Source: Mayamaea pseudoterrestris (taxonomy: Eukaryota). Taken from it: a stretch of DNA of 64,000 nt. The stretch covers positions 620,001 through 684,000 of the forward strand of contig BROI01000013.1 in the NCBI GenBank assembly GCA_027923505.1, written 5' to 3'. A model generated the notes under the pieces. The model was not told the DNA's origin, made no database searches, and was given only the letters and a program-made list of their open reading frames with translations. The position numbers were made by a program, and so were the translations under genes. Shown in pieces: positions 25,501-37,506 of this stretch; the first letter of the stretch is position 1; each line of letters starts with the position of its first letter.

Positions 25501-28500
25501 CAGATGCCATGACATCTAAACGCCCCTACAGCAAGCCCTGTAGGTGCCCAAATTACACCAGAATGGTGCCAACATCATTATTCAGGCTGCGCTACAAGAC
25601 AAGATGGTAGGCTTGGCTGGTGTCTCAGGGGATGGCAATGTATTTGGTGACAACTTGTCACCAGTCTCAGCCCGCAGTTGCCGTGACACTCAAACGCATC
25701 TACAGCAAGCCCTGTAGGTGCCCAAATCACACCAGAATGGTGCCAACCTCATTATTTCGGCTGCGCTACAAGATGGTAGGCTTGATTGGTGTCTCAGGGG
25801 ATGGCAATGTATTTGGTGACAACTTGTCACCAGTCTCAGCCCGCAGATGCCATGACATTCAAACGCTTCTACAGCAAGCCCTGTAGGTTCCCAAATTGCA
25901 CCAGAATGGTGCCAACATCATTATTCAGGCTCTGCTACAAGATGGTAGGCTTGGTTGGTGTCTCAGGGGATGGCAATGATATTGGTGACAACTTGTCACC
26001 AGTCTCAGCTGGCAGATGCCATGACATTTAAACGCCCCTACAGCAAGCCCAGTCGGTGCCCAGATTACACCAGAATGGTGCCAACATCATTATTCAGGCT
26101 GCGCTACAAGATGGTAGGCTTGGATGGTGTCTCAGGGGATGAAAATGTATTTGGTGACAACTTGTCACCAGTCTCAGCCGGCAGATGCCGTGACATTCAA
26201 ACGCCCCTACAGCAAGCCCTGTAGGTGCCCTAATTACACCAGAATGGTGCCAACATCATTATTCAGGCTGGGCTACAAGATGGTAGGCTTGGCTGGTGTC
26301 TCAGGCTATGGCAATGATATTGGTGACAACTTGTCACCAGTCTCAGCCCGCAGATGCCGTGACATCTAAACACCCCTACAGCAAGCCCTGTAGGTGCCCA
26401 AATTACACCAGAATGGTGCCAACATCATTATTCAGGCTGCGCTACAAGATGGTAGGCTTGGCTGGTGTCTCAGGGGATGGCAATGTATTTGGTGACAACT
26501 TGTCACCAGTCTCAGCCCCCAGATGCTGTGACACTCAAACGCCCCTACAGCAAGCCCTGTAGGTGCCCAAATCACACCAGAATTGTGCCAACATCATTAT
26601 TCAGGGTGCGCTACAAGATGGTAGGCTTGGTTGGTGTTTCAGGAGATGGCAATGATATTGGTGACAACTTGTCACCAGTCTCAGCCGGCAGATGCAGTGA
26701 CATTCAAACACCCCTACAGCAAGCCCTGTAGGTGCCAAGATTACACCAGAATGGTGCCAACATCATTATTCAGCCTGCGCTACAAGATGGTAGGCTTGAT
26801 TGGTGTCTCAGGGGATGGCAATGTATTTGGTGACAACTTGTCACCAGTCTCAGCCCGCAGATGCCATGACATTCAAACGCTTCTACAGCAAGCCCTGTAG
26901 GTGCCCAAATTGCACCAGAATGGTGCCAACATCATTATTCAGGCTCCGCTACAAGATGGTAGGCTTGGTTGGTGTCTCAGGGGATGGCAATGATATTGGT
27001 GACAACTTGTCACCAGTCTCAGCTGGCAGATGCCATGACATTTAAACGCCCCTACAGCAAGCCCAGTCGGTGCCCAAATTACACCAGAATGGTGCCAACA
27101 TCATTATTCAGGCTGCGCTACAAGATGGTAGGCTTGGCTGGTGTCTCAGGGGATGGCAATGTATTTGGTGACAACTTGTCACCAGTCTCAGCCCGCAGAT
27201 GCCATGACATTCAAACGCTTCTACAGCAAGCCCTGTAGGTGCCCAAATTGCACCAGAATGGTGCCAACATCATTATTCAGGCTGCGCTACAAGATGGTAG
27301 GCTTGGCTGGTGTCTCAGGGAATGGCAATGTATTTGGTGACAACTTGTCACCAGTCTCAGCCCGCAGATGCCGTGACACTCAAACGCATCTACAGCAAGC
27401 CCTGTAGGTGCCCAAATCACACCAGAATGGTACCAACCTCATTATTCAGGCTGCGCTACAAGATGGTAGGCTTGATTGGTGTCTCAGGGGATGGCAATGT
27501 ATTTGGTGACAACTTGTCACCAGTCTCAGCCCGCAGATGCCATGACATTCAAACGCTTCTACAGCAAGCCCTGTAGGTGCCCAAAATACACCAGATTGGT
27601 GTCAACATCATTATTCAGGCTGCGCTACAAGATGGTAGGCTTGGTTGGTGTCTCAGGGGATGGCAATGATATTGGTGACAACTTGTCACCAGTCTCAGCT
27701 GGCAGATGCCATGACATTTAAACGCCCCTACAGCAAGCCCAGTCGGTGCCCAGATTACACCAGAGTGGTGCCAACATCATTATTCAGGCTGCGCTACAAG
27801 ATGGTAGGCTTGGATGGTGTCTCAGGGGATGAAAATGTATTTGGTGACACCTTGTCACCAGTCTCAGCCCGCAGATGCCGTGACATTCAAACGCCCCTAC
27901 AGCAAGCCCTGTAGGTGCCCTAATTACACCAGAATGGTGCCAACATCATTATTCAGGCTGGGCTACAAGATGGTAGGCTTGGCTGGTGTCTCAGGCTATG
28001 GCAATGATATTGGTGACAACTTGTCACCAGTCTCAGCCCGCAGATGCCGTGACATCTAAACACCCCTACAGCAAGCCCTGTAGGTGCCCAAATTACACCA
28101 GAATGGTGCCAACATCATTATTCAGGCTGCGCTACAAGATGGTAGGCTTGGCTGGTGTCTCAGGGAATGGCAATGATATTGGTGACAACTTGTCACCAGT
28201 CTCAGCCCGCAGATGCCGTGACATTTAAACACCCCTACAGCAAGCCCTATATGTTCCCAAAGTACACCAGAATGGTGCCAACATCATTATTCAGGCTGCG
28301 CTACAAGATGGTAGGCTTGATTGGTGTCTCAGGGGATGGCAATGTATTTGGTGACAACTTGTCACCAGTCTCAGCCCGCAGATGCCGTGACATTCAAACG
28401 CTTCTACAGCAAGCCCTGTAGGTGCCCAGATTACACCAGAATGGTGCCAACATTATTATTCAGGCTGCGCTACAAGATGGTAGGCTTGGCTGGTGTCTCA

Positions 28501-31500
28501 GGGGATGGCAATGATATTGGTGACAACTTGTCACCAGTCTCAGCCCGCAGATGCCGTGACATTCAAACGCCCCTACAGCAAGCCCTGTAGGTGCCCAAAT
28601 TACACCAGAATGGTGCCAACATCATTCTTCAGGCTGCGCTACAAGATGGTAGGCTTGGCTGGTGTCTCAGGGGATGGCAATGTATTTGGTGACAACTTGT
28701 CACCAGTCTCAGCCCGCAGATGCTGTGACATTCAAACGCTTCTACAGCAAGCCCTGTAGGTGCCCAAGTTACACCAGAATGGTGCCAACCTCATTCTTCA
28801 GGCTGCGCTACAAGATGGTAAGCTTGGTTGGTGTCTCAGGGGATGGCAATGATATTGGTGACAACTTGTCACCAGTCTCAGCCCAAAGATGCCGTGAGAT
28901 TCAAACGCCCCTACAGCAAGCCCTGTAGGTGCCCAGATTACACCAGAATGGTGCCAACATCATTCTTCAGGCTGTGCTACAAGATGGTAGGCTTGGTTGG
29001 TGTCTCAGGGGATGGCAATGATATTGGTGACAACTTGTCACCAGTCTCAGCCCAAAGATGCTGTGACATTCAAACGCCCCTACAGCAAGCCCTGCAGGTG
29101 CCCAAATTACACCAGAATGGTGCCAACATCATTATTCAGGCTACGCTACAAGATGGTAGGCTTGGTTGGTATCTCAGGGGATGGCAATGATATTGGTGAC
29201 AACTTGTCACCAATCTCAGCCCGCAGATGCCGTGACATTCAAACGCCCCTACAGCAAGCCCTGTAGGTGCCCAAATTACACCAAAATGGTGCCAACATCA
29301 TTATTCCGGCAGAGCTATAAGATGGTAGGCTTGGCTGGTGTCTCAGGGGATGGCAATGTATTTGGTGACAACTTGTCACCAGTCTCAGCCGGCAGATGCC
29401 GTGACATTCAAACGCTTCTACAGCAAGCCCTGTAGGTGCCCTGATTACACCAGAATGGTGCCAACCTCATTATTCAGGCTGCGCTACAAGGTGGAAGGCT
29501 TGGCTGGTGTCTCAGGGGATGGCGATGTATTTGGTGACAACTTGTCACCAGTCTCAGCCCGCAGATGCTGTGACATTCAAACGCCCCTACAGCAAGCTTT
29601 GTAGGTGCCCAAATTACACCAGAATGGTGCCAACATCATAATGCAGGCTACACTACAAGCTGGTAGGCTTGGCTGGTGTCTCAGGCTATGGCAATGATAT
29701 TGGTGACAACTTGTCACCAGTCTCAGCCCGCAGATGCCGTGACATCTAAACGCCCCTACAGCAAGCCCTGTAGGTGCCCAAATTACACCAGAATGGTGCC
29801 AACATCATTATTCAGGCTGCGCTACAAGATGGTAGGCTTGGCTGGTGTCTCAGGGAATGGCAATGATATTGGTGACAACTTGTCACCAGTCTCAGCCCGC
29901 AGATGCCGTGACATTTAAACACCCCTACAGCAAGCCCTATATGTTCCCAAAGTACACCAGAATGGTGCCAACATCATTATTCAGGCTGGGCTACAAGATG
30001 GTAGGCTTGGCTGGTGTCTCAGGCTATGGCAATGATATTGGTGACAACTTGTCACCAGTCTCAGCCCGCAGATGCCGTGACATTCAAACGCCCCTACAGC
30101 AAGCCCTGTAGGTGCCCAAATTACACCAGAATGGTGCCAACATCATTATTCAGGCTGCGCTACAAGATGGTAGGCTTGGCTGGTGTCTCAGGCTATGGCA
30201 ATGATATTGGTGACAACTTGTCACCAGTCTCAGCCAGCAGATGCCGTGACATTCAAACGCCCCTAGATCAGGCCCTGTAGGTGTTCAAATTACACCAGAA
30301 TTGTGCCAACATCATTATGCAGGCTGCGCTACAAGATGGTAGGCTTGGCTGTTGTCGCTAGGGATGGCAATGATATTGTTGACAACTTGTCACCAATCTC
30401 AGCCCGCAGATGCCGTGACATTCAAACGCCCCTACAGCAAGCCCTGTAGGTGCCGAGATTACACCAGAATGGTGCCAACATCATTATTCAGGCTGCGCTA
30501 CAAGATGGTAGGCTTGGTTGGTGTCTCAGGGGATGGCAATGTATTTGGTGACAACTTGTCACCAGTCTCAGCCCGCAGATGCTGTGACATTCAAACGCTT
30601 CTACAGCAAGCCCTGTAGGTGCCCAAGTTACACCAGAATGGTGCCAACCTCATTATTCAGGCTGCGCTACAAGATGGTAGGCTTGGCTGGTGTTTAAGGG
30701 TTGGCAATGTATTTGGTGACAACTTGTCACCAGTCTCAGCCCACAGATGCCGTGACACTCAAACGCTTCTACAGCAAGCCCTGTAAGTGCCCAGATTACA
30801 CCAAAATGGTGCCAACATCATCATTCAGGCTGCGCTACAAATTGGTAGGCTTGGTTGGTGTCTCAGGGGATGGCAATGATATTGGTGACAACTTGTCACC
30901 AGTCGCAGCCCGCAGATGCCGTGACATTCAAACGCCCCTACAGCAAGCCCTGTAGGTGCCCTGATTACACCAGAATGGTGCCAATATCATTATTCTAGCT
31001 GCGCTACAAGATGGTAGGCTTGGCTGGTGTCTCAGGGAATGGCAATGTATTTGGTGACAACTTGTCACCAGTCTCAGCCCGCAGATGCCATGAGATTCAA
31101 ACGCCCCTACAGCAAGCCCTGTAGGTGCCCAGATTACACCAGAATGGTGCCAACATCATTTTTCAGGCTGCGCTACAAGATGGTAGGCTTGGTTGGTGTC
31201 TCAGGGGATGGCAATGATATTGGTGACAACTTGTCACCAGTCTCAGCCCAAAGATGCCGTGACATTCAAACGCATCTACAGCAAGCCCTGCAGGTGCCCA
31301 AATCACACCAGAATGGTGACAACATCATTATTCAGGCTGCGCTACAAGATGGTAGGCTTGGTTGGTGTCTCAGGGGATGGCAATGATATTGGTGACAACT
31401 TGTCACCAGTCTCAGCCCGCAGATGCCGTGACATTCAAACGCCCCTACAGCAAGCCCTGTAGGTGCCCAAATTACACCAGAATGGTGCCAACATCATTAT

Positions 31501-33190
31501 TCAGGCTGCGCTACAAGATGGTAGGCTTGGCTGGTGTCTCAGGGAATGGCAATGTATTTGGTGACAACTTGTCACCAGTCTCAGCCCACAGATGCAGTGA
31601 CACTCAAACGCTTCTACAGCAAGCCCTGTAAGTGCCCAGATTACACCAAAATGGTGCCAACATCATCATTCAGGCTGCGCTACAAATTGGTAGGCTTGGT
31701 TGGTGTCTCAGGGGATGGCAATGATATTGGTGACAACTTGTCACCAGTCGCAGCCCGCAGATGCCGTGACATTCAAACGCCCCTACAGCAAGCCCTGTAG
31801 GTGCCCTGATTACACCAGAATGGTGCCAATATCATTATTCTAGCTGCGCTACAAGATGGTAGGCTTGGCTGGTGTCTCAGGGAATGGCAATGTATTTGGT
31901 GACAACTTGTCACCAGTCTCAGCCCGCAATTGCTGTGACATTCAAATGCCCATACAGCAAGCCCTGTAGGTGCCTAAATTACACCAGAATGGTGCCAACA
32001 TCATTATTCTGGCTGCGCTACAAGATGGTATGCTTGGTTGGTGTCTCAGGGGATGGCAATGATATTGGTGACAACTTGTCACCAGTCTCAGCCCGCAGAT
32101 GCCGCGAGATTCAAACGCCCCTACAGCAAGCCCTGTAGGTGCCGAGATTACACCAGAATGGTGCCAACATCATTATGCAGTTACAAGATGGTAGGCTTGG
32201 TTGGTGCCTCAGGGGATGGCAATGTAATTGGTGACAACTTGTCACCAGTCTCAGCCCGCAGATGCCGTGACATTCAAACGCCCCTACAGCAAGCCCTGCA
32301 GGTGCCCAAAATACACCAGAATGGTGCCAACATCATTATTTAGGCTGAGCTACAAGATGGTAGGCTTGGCTGGTGTCTCAAGGGATGGCAATGATATTGG
32401 TGACAACTTGTCACCAATCTCAACCCGCAGATGCCGTGAGATTCACACGCCCCTACAGCAAGCCCTGTAAGTTCCCAAATTCCACCAGAATGGTGCCAAC
32501 ATCATTATATGGGCTGCGCTACAAATTGGTAGGCCTGGCTGGTGTCTCAGGGAATGGCGATGTATTTGGTGACAACTTGTCACCAGTCTCAGCCTGCAGA
32601 TGCCGTGAGATTCAAACGCCCCTACAGCAAGCCCTGTAGGTGCCCAGATTACACCAGAATGGTGCCAACATCATTCTTCAGGCTGCGCTACAAGATGGTA
32701 GGCTTGGTTGGTGTCTCAGGGGATGGCAATGATATTGGTGACAACTTGTCACCAGTCTCAGCCCAAAGATGCCGTGAGATTCAAACGCCCCTACAGCAAG
32801 CCCTGTAGGTGCCCAGATTACACCAGAATGGTGCCAACATCATTCTTCAGGCTGCGCTACAAGATGGTAGGCTTGGTTGGTGTCTCAGGGGATGGCAATG
32901 TATTTGGTGACAACTTGTCACCAGTCTCAGCCCGCAGATGCCGTGACATTCAAACGCCCCTTCAGCAAGCCCTGTAGGTGCCCAAATTACACCATAATGG
33001 TGCCAACATCATATTCAGGCTACGCTACAAGATGGTAGGCTTGGCTGGTGTCTCAGGGGATGCTGAGACATTTAAACGCCCCTACAGCAAGCCATCTTTA
33101 CTCCCAAATTACACCAGAATGGTGCCAACATCATTATTCAGTCTGCGCTACAAGATGGTATGACTGGCGGATGTCTAGTAGCCTGCAATG
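16505..33190. repeat. Tandem satellite array, 169-bp monomer, ~98 copies, degenerate ends
   Basis: Consensus GTGCCCAAATTACACCAGAATGGTGCCAACATCATTATTCAGGCTGCGCTACAAGATGGTAGGCTTGGTTGGTGTCTCAGGGGATGGCAATGATATTGGTGACAACTTGTCACCAGTCTCAGCCCGCAGATGCCGTGACATTCAAACGCCCCTACAGCAAGCCCTGTAG counted as 169 nt; the recurring short ORFs are spaced 169 bp apart. Confidence 0.98.
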
Positions 33191-33461
33191 GGACTGATGT
33201 GATTGTGCCGCCTATTCAAGCAGTCTGGTTACCACAAAATAGCTAGCGGTTTGCAAGAATGAAAAGCGTCGCATTCGTCACACTGCGGGAAATTGGAAGA
33301 TCGTGATCGTCCGTCGATCTCGACCATGACACGAGATTCGCCGCCGTCAATTGTCAAACCTACATATACAAGCATCTCCTTTCCATAATACAATCAGTCT
33401 GCTCTTAGTTCAGAGCCTCTGTCAGGTTACAAGTCCAATACATTACAGCAGCAGCTGCACC

Positions 33462-33911
33462 ATGGGTCAATCACTGTCATCATTTTCTCGCGACGACGAC
33501 ACCACCACAGCATCCGTCAAGCAGCAGGAATTATCCGACGAGGATATTCAAGCGGAACGCCGTCGACTCGAGTACAAGATTGTCTCTCATGACGTCGTCA
33601 AGCAGGCTGCCCGCGATCCATCCTGCTACTGGGTCGACGTGCGCAGCGAGGAGGAGGTGATCAACCGCAAGATTGGCTACGTTTCCACCGACAAGCGATG
33701 GGTGTATGCGCCATGTCACGACGACGCCTGTCCTATACTTCAAGTGACGGCGGAAAATATGATTCCCGAAAAGAATGCTCAGATTATTGTGTATTGTTCG
33801 TCGGGAAGGAGGGCTGCCATTGCCAAGGAAACGTTGGAAGGCAAGGGCTACACGAATGTTATCAATGCTGGAGGACTTGTCGATGTATTTTATCCGCGGA
33901 AGCGAAAGTAG
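33462..33911 (+). CDS. Single-domain rhodanese/sulfurtransferase-like protein with an N-myristoylation-like start
   Basis: WVDVRSEEE, IIVYCSSGRRA (catalytic Cys loop), GYTNVINAGGL; ATG at 33462 in an ACCATGG context gives MGQSLS. Confidence 0.85.
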   Translation: MGQSLSSFSRDDDTTTASVKQQELSDEDIQAERRRLEYKIVSHDVVKQAARDPSCYWVDVRSEEEVINRKIGYVSTDKRWVYAPCHDDACPILQVTAENMIPEKNAQIIVYCSSGRRAAIAKETLEGKGYTNVINAGGLVDVFYPRKRK

Positions 33912-34701
33912 AAGCAAGTGGACATGAATCTACTGGAGCTATAGAGTGAACTGTCAAGTTTAGCGAAAGTTGGTCGGGAAAGTGAGTCGGCGATTCTCGA
34001 ATCGGCGATTCGAAAGCCATAGAGCATGGCGAGCAAAGGGACAGCGCGACGAATTGGCGTTGTACACGAGTGTTGTCAGCTCATTTTTAAAGCGTCATGC
34101 GAAAAAGTAAATTAATCACTCGTAGCTTATTGCGTTCGTTTATAGCATTCCAGGAACGAATCCCATGCGAATCGTCCGTGTGACACGCCTCTACGGAAAA
34201 ATTTGTTGATTGTTATTAGCTGCAGCAGCAGTCGTACCTTTGTATCTATAAAATCATGGTCAGCTTGCAGTAACATTGCGGCTACTGCACGTCCTACCTA
34301 GTAGTAGCTACAGTTTTGCGTTTATGATACTCACACTGCAAGTCGTCGACGCTGCGATGGAGCGTGACGACCGTTCAGTCGTATCAAATGACTCAAAAGT
34401 CATTAGGCATATGTACCGAAAGATACGGTCATTCTCCGGTCATTTGGATCCATCCATTGTCGTTCGACGACCGCTCGCTTGATTGGCATGCCAATGTTGA
34501 ACCGCACGACGAGACCTTTAGGCATCAATTGATAGTCCTCGCAAGCTACGATAGAACCAAGCAAGAGCATCATCATAATTTTCTATCCCAGGTGCAAGCC
34601 GAGTATCAGATTTCTAAAGTCATTACATTGGAACGAGCAGTCATTCTCCCATTGACTCTGCACGCAACAAATTCCACTCCTCGCCCTTTTACTCCTCCAC
34701 C

Positions 34702-37415
34702 ATGCCTCCTTCCAGCAGTATCAAGTCGCCCGACAAGCTCAACATGACGCCCCAGGAAGCCTACAATGTTTTGCAGCAGCTTTTGGAGACGCAAAAATTG
34801 AAAATGGCCGACTTGGAAGTCGCTCTGGGATGCGTACGAAACAACAACGGCAAGCAGCAGCTGCAGCAGCAGCAAGTCAAGAAGAAGGGATTATTCTCCG
34901 GACTCCGACGAACCTCAAGCAACGTTGACTCGTCGTCGCACCACAATGAGTCATCGGAGCATAGTAATGCTTCCAATAACATTGTTTCCGCCATCATGAA
35001 GCAACCGCGCAGCCGGGCTCGCCAAAAGGTGCGGGCGCAGCACGTTGATGTTTCCGGCAGCAAGGACGATTCCCAGACGGTCAGTCTTCCAGTCTACGAA
35101 AAGAGTCAAGCATCGGTAGCATTCTTGACGCAGGCGCTTTCAAGCGATTCAAATTTTCTATTCAGCAGCCTCAGTCCCAACGAACTGCACTTGCTCATTG
35201 GCGCCATGGCTCCATGTTCGGCGAAAGCGGATACGATGATTATACAGCAGGGTGACATTGGCGACTACTTTTACGTACTAGAGATTGGTCGCGTCGATTT
35301 CATCGTGGATGGCAACTTGGTGGGACATTGCGGATCGGGCGCCAGCTTTGGAGAATTGGCGCTACTGTATGACGCGCCGCGCGCGGCCACCTGCAAGGCG
35401 CATTTGGATTGCCAACTCTGGAAGGTGGATCAGCATACCTTTCGCTACATGCTGGCCAAGACGCAGGCGAATCAAAACTCTCACATTCACTCGATTCTTC
35501 GCAAGGTGCCGTTCTTGAGTGAATTGGAAGACTCGGCCTTGAGTAAGATTATTGATGCGCTCGTGACTGTCAAATTTCACAAGAATGATGAAATCTTTCG
35601 CAAGGGCCAGGTCGGCGACAAGTTTTACATTTTGGAAAAGGGCAAGGCTCGCATTCATGAGATTGGTTTTGGTGACACCAAGTTTGACGATGTTTTCATT
35701 GACAGTGGCGCCTACTTTGGAGAGCGAGCGCTGCTGACGGGTGAGCCACGGGCGGCGCATGTCACGGCCACGACGGACTGCGTTTGCTTCACGCTGAGTC
35801 GAGAGTCGTTTGAGGCGACGCTGGGGCCGCTGCAGGCCTTGATGGATCGAGCCATGACCAAGCGCGTGTTGGTGTGTAATCATTGACGCGCGAGTTTATA
35901 TAAAGACCGTGTTCTGGCTAATTTCTCCCAACTTTCGCTATCGCAGGTATCGATACCCAGTTTTGGAGAAAAGTACATTGACAACCACGAACTTGATCGG
36001 CTTTTGGATAGCATGAAGGAAGTTTCATTCAAAAAAGGCGAAATTATCATGGAGGAAGGCGTCGGCGTCAAACCAGCTCTGCACATTATTCGCAAGGGCA
36101 ATGTCAGTGTCGTTTCAAACAAGGGTGAAATCAACAATCTCACAAACGGAGGACACTTTGGCGAATCAACACTCATAATGAAGTCGACGGACTCTGCACG
36201 AGCAACCATTTCCGCCCTTGATGAAGTTGTTTGCAACGTACTCACCAAAGCAGACATTGAAAAGGTGATTGGATCGACGACTCGATTAGGACAAGCGCGG
36301 GCACTTATCAACCTGCGCGAGCGACGAGACTACGTCAAGTACAGTAACCTGACCAAGGTGCGCATCCTGGGCGTTGGAACCTTCGGAAAGGTATGGTTAG
36401 CTGTGGACAAGACGACCAACAGGTCGTTCGCTTTGAAGCTCATGGATAAGAAGCAGTGCATTGAGCACGGCCAGCACGAGGGCGTTATACGCGAAAAGAA
36501 TATATTGGCAAACATTGATCATCCCTTCTTGCTTAAAATGTGGGGTTCCTATCAAACTGACAAGCATTTGATGATGTTGATTGACTTGATCCAAGGTGGG
36601 GAACTTTTTACTGTGTTGCATACAGACAAGCGCGACGGAGTGCCCAATGGCGACGCAGTTTTTTACGCCGCATGTGTTTTGGAAGGGCTGGGCCATTTAC
36701 ACGAGCGAAACATTGTGTATCGAGACTTGAAGGCAAGTACAACGTGACGAGGAATGGCGAGGTGCCTACCGCCCAGGTGGACGATTGCTCACCTTTCGCA
36801 TGTTTATTCTCTGCTTTCCTACAGCCCGAGAACGCCTTGATCGACGCCACTGGCTACTGCATTGTGGTAGACTATGGATTCGCCAAGATTGTTACCAACA
36901 AAACCTTTACTCTCTGTGGTACGCCCGAGTACCTTGCTCCGGAAATTATTCTCAGCAAGGGGCACAACAAAGGCGTCGATTATTGGGCATTCGGCGTTTT
37001 GATTTACGAAATGCTGGTAGGTCGTTCTCCCTTTTACGATCATGATCAAATGCGTCTCTTCAAAAAGATTGTTCAAGGCAAGTATGGCTATCCGGAGCGT
37101 CGGACAGTCAGCAGGGCAGCGGAGGACTTGATCAGTTCGTTGCTCCAGCGAAAGCAGTCGAGTCGGCTGGGTAACTTGAAGGGCGGACACGTTGACGTTC
37201 AAAAGCATCCATGGTTCAACGAGATGGACTTGGCCAAGCTGCTGAGACGTGAACTTGAAGCTCCATGGAAGCCACAGCTAAAAGATACACTGGACGCAAG
37301 CAATTTTGAAGATTTCAGCTCGATGGAAAAGGACGACGTCGTGGTCGACAAGTCCGGAAAGCGATTGAACGCCAAGGCCCAGGAGATGTTTAGGGAGTTT
37401 GGCGAGTACGTGTAA
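34702..37415 (+). CDS. cGMP-dependent protein kinase-like (three cNMP-binding domains plus AGC kinase); introns 35872-35946 and 36733-36824 (GC-AG)
   Basis: FGELALLYDAPRAAT, FGERALLTGEPRAAH and FGESTLI..ARAT cNMP motifs; LGVGTFGKV, YRDLK|PEN, DYGFAK, TLCGTPEYLAPE, DYWAFG. Confidence 0.92.
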
Positions 37416-37506
37416 ATTACTGACGACGACGACAAAATGCCAAACTGGATAGCTGTAGCTAATTGTTTGCTACTGATAATGATTAGAATTTGAGCAATGT
37501 ACATGC

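Noticed and set aside
16565..33160. 5S rRNA, tRNA, snRNA or spliced-leader array
   Set aside because: I recognise no 5S, tRNA or snRNA motifs and no Pol III T-run terminator on either strand; an Rfam scan would be definitive.
16529..33163. The ~90 short 80-130 aa ORFs as a peptide gene array
   Set aside because: Monomer length is not a multiple of 3, most starts are GTG/TTG, and stops and indels occur freely among copies; they are by-products of the repeat.
33170..33182. Helitron 3' end (CTAG) closing the array
   Set aside because: CTAG is present but I see no GC-rich subterminal hairpin and cannot define a 5' TC end.
16505..33190. CRISPR array
   Set aside because: Whole 169-bp units repeat with no unique spacers; no cas genes; eukaryotic context.
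33997..34013. Perfect palindrome TCGAATCG-G-CGATTCGA as a regulatory site
   Set aside because: Single occurrence in CG/TCGA-rich DNA; no independent support.
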